Shown here: piece by piece, positions 56,906 to 64,000 of the stretch | Layout of the letters: every line of letters begins with the position of its first letter | How positions within the stretch are numbered: position 1 is the first letter of the stretch | NCBI GenBank assembly: GCA_937892545.1 | Contig: CALAFO010000047.1 | Location: 1,142 to 65,141, forward strand | Direction of reading: 5' to 3' | From: an uncultured Clostridia bacterium | Lineage (GTDB): Bacteria > Bacillota > Clostridia > Christensenellales > Borkfalkiaceae | Length of the DNA stretch: 64,000 nt | Notes under the pieces: generated by a model | Told to the model about the DNA's origin: nothing | The model's database searches: none | The model's input: the letters and a program-made list of their open reading frames with translations, nothing else | Position numbers and translations under genes: made by a program

Positions 56906-57694
56906 ATGTGTATTCCCGAAGAAACCGCGATGCGCGCGGAAAACTTAAAAAAGACGTTTCATCTTTCCGCAAAACAGCGCAAAACGCAAAAGACGGCGGA
57001 ACGCACGAAAACCGCTGTCGACGGACTCTCTTTCACGGTAAAAAAAGGCGAAATTTACGGACTGCTCGGTCCCAACGGCGCGGGCAAAACCACCACGCTC
57101 CGCATGCTCGCCACGCTGATAAAGCCGGATAGCGGCGACGCGTTCGTCAACGGGCACAGCGTAACGAAAGAGGCGGATAAGGTGCGCAACGAAATCGGCT
57201 TTTTAACCAGCGAACTGAAACCGGACGAATTTTTCACGCCCTCGTACCTCTTCGATTTTTATTCGGAACTGCACGGCATGAGCGAGGCGCGGCGCAGCGA
57301 ACGCAAAGCGCTTTTGTTCTCCCGCTTCGGCATAGACAACTTCGCCGAAACGAAAATCGCCGATCTTTCCACGGGCATGAAGCAAAAGGTTTCCATCGCG
57401 ATTTCCCTCGTGCACGATCCCGATTTCATCATTTTCGACGAACCCACCAACGGGCTGGACGTGCTCACGGCGAAAACCGTAACCGATTTTCTTCTGGAAC
57501 AGAAAGAACGCGGCAAAACGGTACTGCTGTCCACCCATATCTTTTCGCTGGTCGAAAAACTCTGCGACCGCGCCGGCATCGTCATCGACGGAAAAATGGC
57601 AAAGGAAGGCAGCGTGAAAGAACTCACGGCGGAAAAATCCCTCGAAGACGCGTTCTTCGATTTATACGCGGCGGTGAAAGGAGCAAACTTATGA
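56906..57694 (+). CDS. ABC transporter ATP-binding protein (ABC-2/NatA-like)
   Basis: Walker A GPNGAGKTT, signature LSTGMKQK, Walker B IIFDEPTNGLD. Promoter TTGACA-17-TAAAAT at 56850-56878. An alternative Met lies at 56930. Confidence 0.85.
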   Translation: MCIPEETAMRAENLKKTFHLSAKQRKTQKTAERTKTAVDGLSFTVKKGEIYGLLGPNGAGKTTTLRMLATLIKPDSGDAFVNGHSVTKEADKVRNEIGFLTSELKPDEFFTPSYLFDFYSELHGMSEARRSERKALLFSRFGIDNFAETKIADLSTGMKQKVSIAISLVHDPDFIIFDEPTNGLDVLTAKTVTDFLLEQKERGKTVLLSTHIFSLVEKLCDRAGIVIDGKMAKEGSVKELTAEKSLEDAFFDLYAAVKGANL

Positions 57695-58827
57695 AAACAG
57701 TTCTCACCATCATGAAAAAAGAATTTGCCCGCATTTTTAAAGACAGGCGGCTGGTGTTGTCGCTGATTCTGCCGGGCGTGCTTTTATACTGCATCTATTC
57801 CCTGCTCGGCGGCGTCATCGGCAATATGGTTTCGCCCGACGAAAATCAGACGTACAAAATCGCCGTCGTCGATCTCCCCGCCGCTTTCGAAGCCGATTTC
57901 GGCGCCGTCCCCGCCGTAACGCTCGAAAAAATTTCAAAAGACGAGCTCGAAAGCGCGAAACAGCGCGTAACGGACGGCGAAATCGACGCCGTGGCGGACT
58001 TCTCCGCACTTAGCGCAACCTCCCCGGAAACCGCGCCGGGCGTAGAGATTTATTACAACTCCACCGAAACCGTTTCTTCGGGCGCGTACCAAATCCTGTA
58101 TACCGTTCTCTCCGCGCGGCAGACCACGAATTTTTACATCGCCTCCGCCGACATCGCGTCCGATAAAGACGTAACCGCCATGATGCTTTCCATGATCGCG
58201 CCCATGCTGCTCGTAACGTTCATTTACGCGGGCTGCATGTCGCTCGTGCCCGAATCCATCGCGGGCGAAAAAGAAAGAGGCTCCTTCGCCACCATGCTGG
58301 TAACGCCCGTAAAGCGCAGCCATATCGCGCTCGGCAAAATTCTGTCCCTTTCGGCGGCTTCGCTCGTATCGGCAACGTGCTCTTTCTTCGGCATCGTTCT
58401 TTCTCTCCCGAAAATGCTTCAGTCCGACGGCGTCGGCATGAACTTCTCCGCCGCGGCGTACGGCGTTTCCGATTATCTTTTGCTGCTGCTCGTCATCGTG
58501 GCAACCACGCTCGTCATCGTGGCGCTGATGTCGCTGCTGTCCACACTCGCAAAAAGCGTAAAAGAAGCCAACAGCTACGCGGGGCCGCTCATGATCGTCA
58601 TTCTTGCGGCGGCGATAGGCAATATGCTTTTCGGCGGAAAAATCGGCGCGTGGGCATACTTTATCCCCGTGTTCAATTCGGTGAAAGTCATGGGCGATAT
58701 TTTCTCGTTCACGGCAAAAACATGGCAGGTGCTTGCCGCGGCGCTTACCGATCTTGCGGCGGCAGGCGCGCTTTCGTTCGCGCTCGCGAAAATGTTCGAC
58801 AGCGAAAAAATCATCTCCGGCTCGTAA
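57691..58827 (+). CDS. ABC-2-type transporter permease (NatB-like)
   Basis: ATGA overlap with the ATPase gene. N-terminal TM, ~130-aa external loop, then 5 TM helices. Confidence 0.75.
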   Translation: MKTVLTIMKKEFARIFKDRRLVLSLILPGVLLYCIYSLLGGVIGNMVSPDENQTYKIAVVDLPAAFEADFGAVPAVTLEKISKDELESAKQRVTDGEIDAVADFSALSATSPETAPGVEIYYNSTETVSSGAYQILYTVLSARQTTNFYIASADIASDKDVTAMMLSMIAPMLLVTFIYAGCMSLVPESIAGEKERGSFATMLVTPVKRSHIALGKILSLSAASLVSATCSFFGIVLSLPKMLQSDGVGMNFSAAAYGVSDYLLLLLVIVATTLVIVALMSLLSTLAKSVKEANSYAGPLMIVILAAAIGNMLFGGKIGAWAYFIPVFNSVKVMGDIFSFTAKTWQVLAAALTDLAAAGALSFALAKMFDSEKIISGS

Positions 58828-58937
58828 TGTTTTCTCCCGGCGCATAAACCCTTTCTTTTCTGTCAAACATATAATAAAGCAAGGCGGAAAGAGAAGAGAA
58901 AAAATAAAATTTATCGCGCAATTTCCGCGGCAAAGGT

Positions 58938-58966
58938 TTGACAATTTCCCTTTTCGCTGTTATAAT
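58938..58966 (+). promoter_or_regulatory. perfect consensus sigma-A promoter of the mgtE leader
   Basis: TTGACA - atttcccttttcgctgt (17 nt) - TATAAT. Confidence 0.6.
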
Positions 58967-58972
58967 AGAAAT

Positions 58973-59193
58973 GCGGAATCGGAAAGTTCCCTTCCCGCGC
59001 AAAATAAATTTTTTTTAAAGGAGGCACCTACCGTGGACGATCGAAGTAGAGGCGACGATAAACCCGGACTAACCGTTTTTGCGGCGCGCCTCCTTTATTC
59101 GTTGCTTTAAGCAACAATCTCCGGCGCAAAGCCGTAGCGGGATAACCGTTTATCCGCCTTTCTTTCACGCCTTTGTGCAAGAGAAAAAGAAAG
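58973..59193 (+). promoter_or_regulatory. structured ~220-nt mgtE leader with uORF and terminator-like hairpins
   Basis: Hairpin GCGG..GGAA-AG-UUCC..CCGC + U8 (58975-59016). SD AAAGGAGG (59017-59024) + GUG 59033 opens 25 codons to TAA 59108. A 10-bp helix UAAAGGAGGC (59016-59025) / GCCUCCUUUA (59088-59097). Hairpins at 59101-59115 and 59122-59134. GGAUAA-CCGU-UUAUCC + CUUUCUUUC (59141-59169). Confidence 0.5.
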
Positions 59194-60867
59194 ATGGAAG
59201 AAAAAAATTTAAACGAACTTCTCGAAAGAGAAGATTTTGAGGGCGCGGCAGACTGCGCTCTCCGGCTCGGCGCGGAGGAATTTGCAAAAGTTCTCGAAGC
59301 CCTGCCCGAAAAGTATCTGCAGCCCCTGTGCCGCGCGCTGGATTCCGATTTCCTCGCCGAAACGTTAATCCTTTTAGACGCGCCGCTGCAAAGCAAAATC
59401 ATTTCCACCCTGCGCGACGACGAGCTGCAGGAAGTTATGGACGGCGTTTCCGTAGACGACACCGTGGAAATGATCGGCGATATGCCCGAAAAAATCGTAC
59501 GGCGCATCGCGGAAAAGGAAGAAATCGTCCGCTTGTTCGAAGAGCGGCGTTTTTCCGTACTCAAACCGCTTCTCGCCTCGATGAACGCGCCCGACGTGGC
59601 GGCGGTTTTCGAAGAGGTGGAAGACGAAGATCTGCCCGTTCTGTTCCGCATCCTGCCCAAAGATCTCGCGGCGGATACGTTTGTGGAACTGGATAAAGAC
59701 ACGCGCGAAAAACTGTTACACAAACTCAGCGATCTCGAAGTCAAAGCCGTCATGGACGAACTGTTCGTCGACGATACGGTAGACGTCATCGAAGAGATGC
59801 CCGCCAACGTGGTCAAACGGCTTCTTGCCGCCAGCGACAAAGAAACGCGCGATTACGTCAACGAAATTTTAAAGTACCCGAAAGACAGCGCCGGCAGCAT
59901 CATGACGGTGGAATACGTCTCCCTTCGCCCCACCATGACGGTGAACGAAGCGTTTACGCGCATCCGCCGCACGGCGATCGATAAAGAAACCATCTACACC
60001 TGCTACGTTACCGACGCGGCGAACAAACTGCTCGGCTGCGTTTCGGCAAAAACGCTGATGATTTCCGCGCCGGAAACGAAAATTTCCGAAATCATGGACG
60101 AAAACGTGATTTACGCCCACACCGAGGACGACCGCGAAGACGTGGCGAGAAAAATTTCCAATTACGGCTTCCTCGCGCTGCCCGTGGTGGATAACGAACG
60201 TCGTCTGGTAGGTATCGTAACCGTCGACGACGCCATGGACGTCATTCAGGAAGAGAACACCGAAGATATCGCGAAGATGGCGGCTATGACGCCCACCGAT
60301 ACGCCCTATTTAAAAACAAGCGTATGGGGCATCTGGAAAAACCGTATTCCGTGGCTGCTCGTTTTAATGGTCAGCGCCACGTTCACGGGACTCATTTTAA
60401 ACACGTACGAAGCGCGGCTTTCGGCAATTTCCCCCGTCCTGTTCGCGTGCGTTCCCATGATGATGGATACGGGCGGCAATGCGGGCTCGCAGGCTTCCGT
60501 TACCGTCATCCGCTCCCTCGCGCTGGACGAACTGAAAACAAGCGACGTTTTAAAGGTCGTCTGGAAAGAATTCCGCGCCTCTATCCTGCTGGGATTAACG
60601 CTGGGCGCCGCCTGCTTTGCCAAGCTTATGCTCATCGATAATCTGCTGTTCGGGTTCGAAGGCTATACGCCGCTTCGCTGCAGCGTGGTGGCAAGCGCGC
60701 TGGTACTCACGGTCATCGTGGCAAAACTCGTAGGCTGCACGCTTCCTCTGCTTGCCAAAAAGTGCCGTCTCGATCCCGCCGTCGTGGCAAGTCCCTTCAT
60801 CACCACCATCGTAGACGCGATTTCCCTTATCATCTACTGCAACCTTTCGGTGCTGATTTTAGCATAA
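59194..60867 (+). CDS. mgtE: magnesium transporter MgtE with an internally duplicated N-domain
   Basis: ATG 59194 (MEEKNLNELL). MgtE_N-type repeats, a CBS pair and a C-terminal TM domain with PMMMDTGGNAGSQ. 557 aa. Confidence 0.9.
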   Translation: MEEKNLNELLEREDFEGAADCALRLGAEEFAKVLEALPEKYLQPLCRALDSDFLAETLILLDAPLQSKIISTLRDDELQEVMDGVSVDDTVEMIGDMPEKIVRRIAEKEEIVRLFEERRFSVLKPLLASMNAPDVAAVFEEVEDEDLPVLFRILPKDLAADTFVELDKDTREKLLHKLSDLEVKAVMDELFVDDTVDVIEEMPANVVKRLLAASDKETRDYVNEILKYPKDSAGSIMTVEYVSLRPTMTVNEAFTRIRRTAIDKETIYTCYVTDAANKLLGCVSAKTLMISAPETKISEIMDENVIYAHTEDDREDVARKISNYGFLALPVVDNERRLVGIVTVDDAMDVIQEENTEDIAKMAAMTPTDTPYLKTSVWGIWKNRIPWLLVLMVSATFTGLILNTYEARLSAISPVLFACVPMMMDTGGNAGSQASVTVIRSLALDELKTSDVLKVVWKEFRASILLGLTLGAACFAKLMLIDNLLFGFEGYTPLRCSVVASALVLTVIVAKLVGCTLPLLAKKCRLDPAVVASPFITTIVDAISLIIYCNLSVLILA

Positions 60868-60881
60868 CAAAAAACCGACGT

Positions 60882-60913
60882 AACGCCGACGGAACAAAGC
60901 CCGTCGGCGTTTT
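60882..60913 (+). terminator. intrinsic terminator of mgtE
   Basis: aacgccgacgg-aacaaagc-ccgtcggcgtt followed by tt. Confidence 0.65.
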
Positions 60914-61007
60914 CCGCCGGAAACTTTTTAAACGTTATTAAAAAAGTTGACATACGCGCGAAAAAGTGCTATATAATATATACGACGATTACTTCAAGGA
61001 GAAAATC

Positions 61008-61595
61008 ATGGCAAGAAAACAGAAATTCGACGGCGGAACGGCAAACGAAATCGCCCGCGTGGCGGCGAAGGAATTTTTCGAAAAGGGCTTCGACGGCACC
61101 AGCATGCGCTCTATCGCAGACGCCGCAGGCTGCGAAGCGGGGCTGATTTATTACTACTACAAGACAAAAGACGACTTGTTTTCCACGGTGCTCGATAACT
61201 TTTTCAGCCCGTATCAACAGCACGCCGAAACCATCGTGGACGGAGCTTCGCAGGAAGCATACACGGCGTTATACGCGTTTTTCAGATATATGAAAAGCGT
61301 TACAAGAGAATTCCGCGAAAAATATTCCGCCAACATGCACCGCACGGTACGCTGGGCAATCCGCGAACAAACGCTTACGATTATCGAACCGTACATACAG
61401 AAAATTTTAGAATGCCTGCTCGAAACGGGCGCGCAGCCGCACCTCGCGCCGATGCCCATGGCGGTGTTTCTGTCGCACGGCGTAGGCAGCGTGATTCTGC
61501 ACGAGGATGCCGACTGGGTAGACGAAATCACCGACGATTTACGTAAAACGGTCGATTTTTTAATCGGCGTTGCCAACGATTCTCACGAAGATTAA
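61008..61595 (+). CDS. TetR/AcrR-family transcriptional regulator
   Basis: Start at MARKQKF (RBS AAGGAGAA). HTH block FFEKGFDGTSMRSIADAAGCEAGLIYYYYKTKDDLF. Promoter TTGACA at 60947. Confidence 0.8.
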   Translation: MARKQKFDGGTANEIARVAAKEFFEKGFDGTSMRSIADAAGCEAGLIYYYYKTKDDLFSTVLDNFFSPYQQHAETIVDGASQEAYTALYAFFRYMKSVTREFREKYSANMHRTVRWAIREQTLTIIEPYIQKILECLLETGAQPHLAPMPMAVFLSHGVGSVILHEDADWVDEITDDLRKTVDFLIGVANDSHED

Positions 61596-61599
61596 CCGC

Positions 61600-62568
61600 A
61601 TGCAGCCGATTCCATACAACAAACGCTATATTTTATCCCGCAGGGCGCTCGTTTTCTGGGCGCTTTTCATCGGCGTCGGCGCGGTCGGCGGCGCAATACT
61701 GATGTTCGTCGATCCGTACGGAACCGCCACGGGCATGAGCGGTTTTCTGCCCTATTTCCGGGTACTTCCCTTCGCCGATAAGCTGTTCGGGAATCTTATT
61801 TTTTCCGGAATCGCGCTGCTTTTCGTCAACGGCGTGCCCAACCTCACGGCGGCGGCGCTTCTCTTCGGGCATAAAAAAGCGGGCGAAATCCTCGGCGGCG
61901 TATCCGGCATAACGCTGATGCTGTGGATAACCGTTCAATTCGTCATTTTCCCGTTGAATTTTATGTCTGCGACATACTTTGTTTTCGGTTTCGCGCAGGC
62001 GGTAACGGGCGTTCTCACGCTCATCGGCAGGGCGCAAAGCGAATTTTCCGCCGCACTGCAAGCGGAAATCGCCCCGCAACCCGAAACGCCCGTCCGGAAC
62101 GACCAATCCGTACTTGTCGTTTACTTTTCCCGCCGCGGCTATGTAAAATCTCTCGCACGCAAAATCGCAGCCGCGCATAACGCCGCCCTTTTCGAGCTCA
62201 CCACGCCCGAACGCACGGCGGGCAACGCGGGCTTCTGGCAAAGCGGCAGATACGGTATGCTGCGCCGCCCGATGCCGATTGAAAAAATGCCCGAACGCCT
62301 TGAAAATTACGAAGAAGTGTACGTGTGTTTCCCCGTCTGGGTGTTTTCCGTCTGTGCGCCCGTCCGCGATTTTCTGATGAAAGCCAACGGCAAAATCCGC
62401 AACGTCCGCTACGTCGCCGTGCATTTCATGAACGCAAAATTCGAAAATCTTGCCGCCGAGGCAGATAAGCTCGTCGGCGTAAAACACGCTTCGTTTACGT
62501 CCGTCCGCTGCCGTTTCGGCAAATTCCGCCCGGATTTCTCCGCGGCGGAAAGAAAGCGGCAACCGTAA
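61600..62568 (+). CDS. membrane protein fused to a flavodoxin-like domain
   Basis: Start at MQPIPYNK, 4 nt after the TetR stop. Four N-terminal TM helices, then VLVVYFSRRGYVKSLARKIA, typical of the flavodoxin-fold N-terminus. Confidence 0.5.
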   Translation: MQPIPYNKRYILSRRALVFWALFIGVGAVGGAILMFVDPYGTATGMSGFLPYFRVLPFADKLFGNLIFSGIALLFVNGVPNLTAAALLFGHKKAGEILGGVSGITLMLWITVQFVIFPLNFMSATYFVFGFAQAVTGVLTLIGRAQSEFSAALQAEIAPQPETPVRNDQSVLVVYFSRRGYVKSLARKIAAAHNAALFELTTPERTAGNAGFWQSGRYGMLRRPMPIEKMPERLENYEEVYVCFPVWVFSVCAPVRDFLMKANGKIRNVRYVAVHFMNAKFENLAAEADKLVGVKHASFTSVRCRFGKFRPDFSAAERKRQP

Positions 62569-62617
62569 AAACGCAGCTTCCCGCAAAAGCCGTTCCCGGC
62601 AATCAAAGGAGAATTTC

Positions 62618-63280
62618 ATGATCAAACCCAAAAAAAATGCACTTCTCGTATCCATCGCGCTGTTCGCGCTGTTTTTCGTGTTCACCGTGCTCGTCGCCAC
62701 GGCAGATAAAGCCGCGGGCAAAGTTCCCGGCACGGAAATCGGCTTTTCCCACCTCAATCTTGCGTTTTTCAACGCCACGCACAAAAACGGCGAAATCTCG
62801 CAGGGCTGGTATAAACTTACTCAGTTTCTCGGATACCTTGCCTTATCAGAAGCAGCAGGCTTCGCCGTTTACGGCGTAGCGCAGCTGATCCGGCGCAAAA
62901 GCCTGAAAAAAATCGATAAAGACCTGTTCGTCCTCGCGGCGACGTACCTGCTGCTCGCGATTTTCTATGTAGCGTTCGAAAAAATCGTCATCAACTACCG
63001 CCCCGTGCTTGAAAACGGCGAAATCGCGGCGTCCTATCCCTCTTCGCACACCATGCTCACGCTCACGATCGCAGGCAGCGGAATTTTTATGCTGCGCGGC
63101 AGAATCGCCTGCAAACCCGCGCTGATTTCCGCGGAAACGCTTTCCGGCACGGTGATGCTCGTCATGGTTATCGGCAGAGCGCTTTCCGGCGTGCACTATC
63201 TCACCGATATTCTGGGCGGCATATTGCTTTCGGCGGCAATAGTAACGCTGTTCGCCGCGTTTCTGCCCGCGCAAAACTGA
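62618..63280 (+). CDS. PAP2-family (acid phosphatase / phosphatidic acid phosphatase type 2) membrane protein
   Basis: SYPSSHT (PSGH-like) and GRALSGVHYLTDILGG (SRxxxxxHxxxD-like) motifs. 6 TM helices. Confidence 0.8.
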   Translation: MIKPKKNALLVSIALFALFFVFTVLVATADKAAGKVPGTEIGFSHLNLAFFNATHKNGEISQGWYKLTQFLGYLALSEAAGFAVYGVAQLIRRKSLKKIDKDLFVLAATYLLLAIFYVAFEKIVINYRPVLENGEIAASYPSSHTMLTLTIAGSGIFMLRGRIACKPALISAETLSGTVMLVMVIGRALSGVHYLTDILGGILLSAAIVTLFAAFLPAQN

Positions 63281-63352
63281 CCGCATCGAGCACAAAAAGT
63301 CAAGATTTTAGCCGCCGCACGCGCTATAATAAGAGCAGAAGGAGACGGAAGG

Positions 63353-64000
63353 ATGAATTACGTATCCGCAATCTCGCGGGCGATCGACTACGTAGAAGAA
63401 AACCTCACGGAAAAAACGAGCTTCGAAGAAATCGCAAAGCAGGCGTATTTCTCGTCGTTCGCGTTTCAAAGGTGTTTTTCGCTGCTTTGCGGAGTGTCTC
63501 TCGGGGATTATATCCGCTATCGCAGGCTAAGCGTCGCCGCGGAAAAAATCGTGCGCGAAAACATGAAAGTAATCGACGCGGCGTATCTGTACGGCTACGA
63601 TACGCCCGAAAGCTTCACGCGTGCGTTCACGGCTTTCCACGGCATCACGCCGCGCGAAGCGAAGAAAAGCGGAAAATACAAAACGTTCTCACGCCTCTCT
63701 TTAAAACTTATCGTAAGCGGAGGCAATTTAATGGATTACTCAATCAAAAAGCTCGGCGATTTCGAAATTATCGCCAAAAGAAAGCGTTTTAAAAAGCAAC
63801 AAGAACTCACCACGCGCGAAATTTCGGCGTTTTGGGCGGAATGCGGAAAGGACGGCACGATGCAAAATTTAATCGAACGGCTGCCCGAAAACCCGCAGCT
63901 GAAAGGTCTGCTCGGGGTATCGTTCTCGGCGGAAGGCAGCGGGCAAGATTTCCCGTACGGGTTGGCAGTGGAAGATAACGGCGCGCCCGTGCCCAACGGT
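63353..64000 (+). CDS. AraC-family regulator with GyrI-like effector domain (3' end outside the window)
   Basis: Hand translation from ATG 63353 (RBS GGAGACGGAAGG): MNYVSAISRAIDYVEENLTEKTSFEEIAKQAYFSSFAFQRCFSLLCGVSLGDYIRYRRL...YGYDTPESFTRAFTAFHGITPREAKK, then MDYSIKKLGDFEIIAKRKRF...EISAFWAEC. The frame is open to base 64000. Not in the supplied ORF track. Confidence 0.8.
   Translation, partial: MNYVSAISRAIDYVEENLTEKTSFEEIAKQAYFSSFAFQRCFSLLCGVSLGDYIRYRRLSVAAEKIVRENMKVIDAAYLYGYDTPESFTRAFTAFHGITPREAKKSGKYKTFSRLSLKLIVSGGNLMDYSIKKLGDFEIIAKRKRFKKQQELTTREISAFWAECGKDGTMQNLIERLPENPQLKGLLGVSFSAEGSGQDFPYGLAVEDNGAPVPNG

Noticed and set aside
58967-59193. Canonical M-box call for the mgtE leader.
   Set aside because: The hallmark M-box strings are not visible by eye, so I did not annotate it as an M-box. 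A divergent member cannot be excluded without a covariance-model search (see finding).

Overview
This 64-kb chromosomal window reads like a moderately GC-rich Firmicutes (Clostridia-type) genome. That judgement rests only on gene content and motif recognition; no searches were run. Housekeeping genes alternate with visibly AT-richer accessory patches (1-2260, 6800-13400, 42410-43135, 50700-51620). The housekeeping set is mnmA, serS, gyrB-gyrA, maf plus a divergent mreB-like gene, a SpoVB/YabM-like flippase - mazG/yabN - dus cluster, ktrAB, mgtE, Ppx/GppA, an RsmB/F-type m5C methyltransferase, a P-type ATPase and an NCS2 purine-type permease. I call 52 protein-coding regions, two of which run off the window. 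The AraC/GyrI-type ORF at 63353-64000 is missing from the supplied ORF track because it has no stop in the window. I also call one tRNA-Arg(CCG), an orphan tRNA 5' half, a 5'-truncated XRE gene remnant, intrinsic terminators and several near-perfect TTGACA-17-TATAAT promoters. I saw no CRISPR array, rRNA, transposase or recognisable defence operon. The most interesting signals are: (i) a family of multi-hairpin intergenic repeats with compensatory variation in one hairpin, five or more copies all in the same orientation, clustered in a ~950-bp ORF-free region upstream of gyrB; (ii) a 46-nt perfectly alternating pyrimidine-purine (Z-DNA-prone) tract in the gyrB promoter/leader region; (iii) a ~210-nt promoter-to-terminator unit without a credible ORF, upstream of a Na+-decarboxylase-beta / OadG-like / CDF operon (an unassigned ncRNA or riboswitch-like leader); (iv) an mgtE leader that does not look like an M-box by eye but has a 10-bp SD/anti-SD helix and a 25-codon uORF; (v) tRNA-Arg with an orphan 5' half, marking recombination in the anticodon loop next to a PcfJ/methylase-like element end; (vi) a SecB-like chaperone gene, a tandem-OB SSB-like protein, triplicated mosaic LRR lipoprotein genes and a leaderless-looking ktrB. 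All functional calls are motif-level inferences and need database confirmation.
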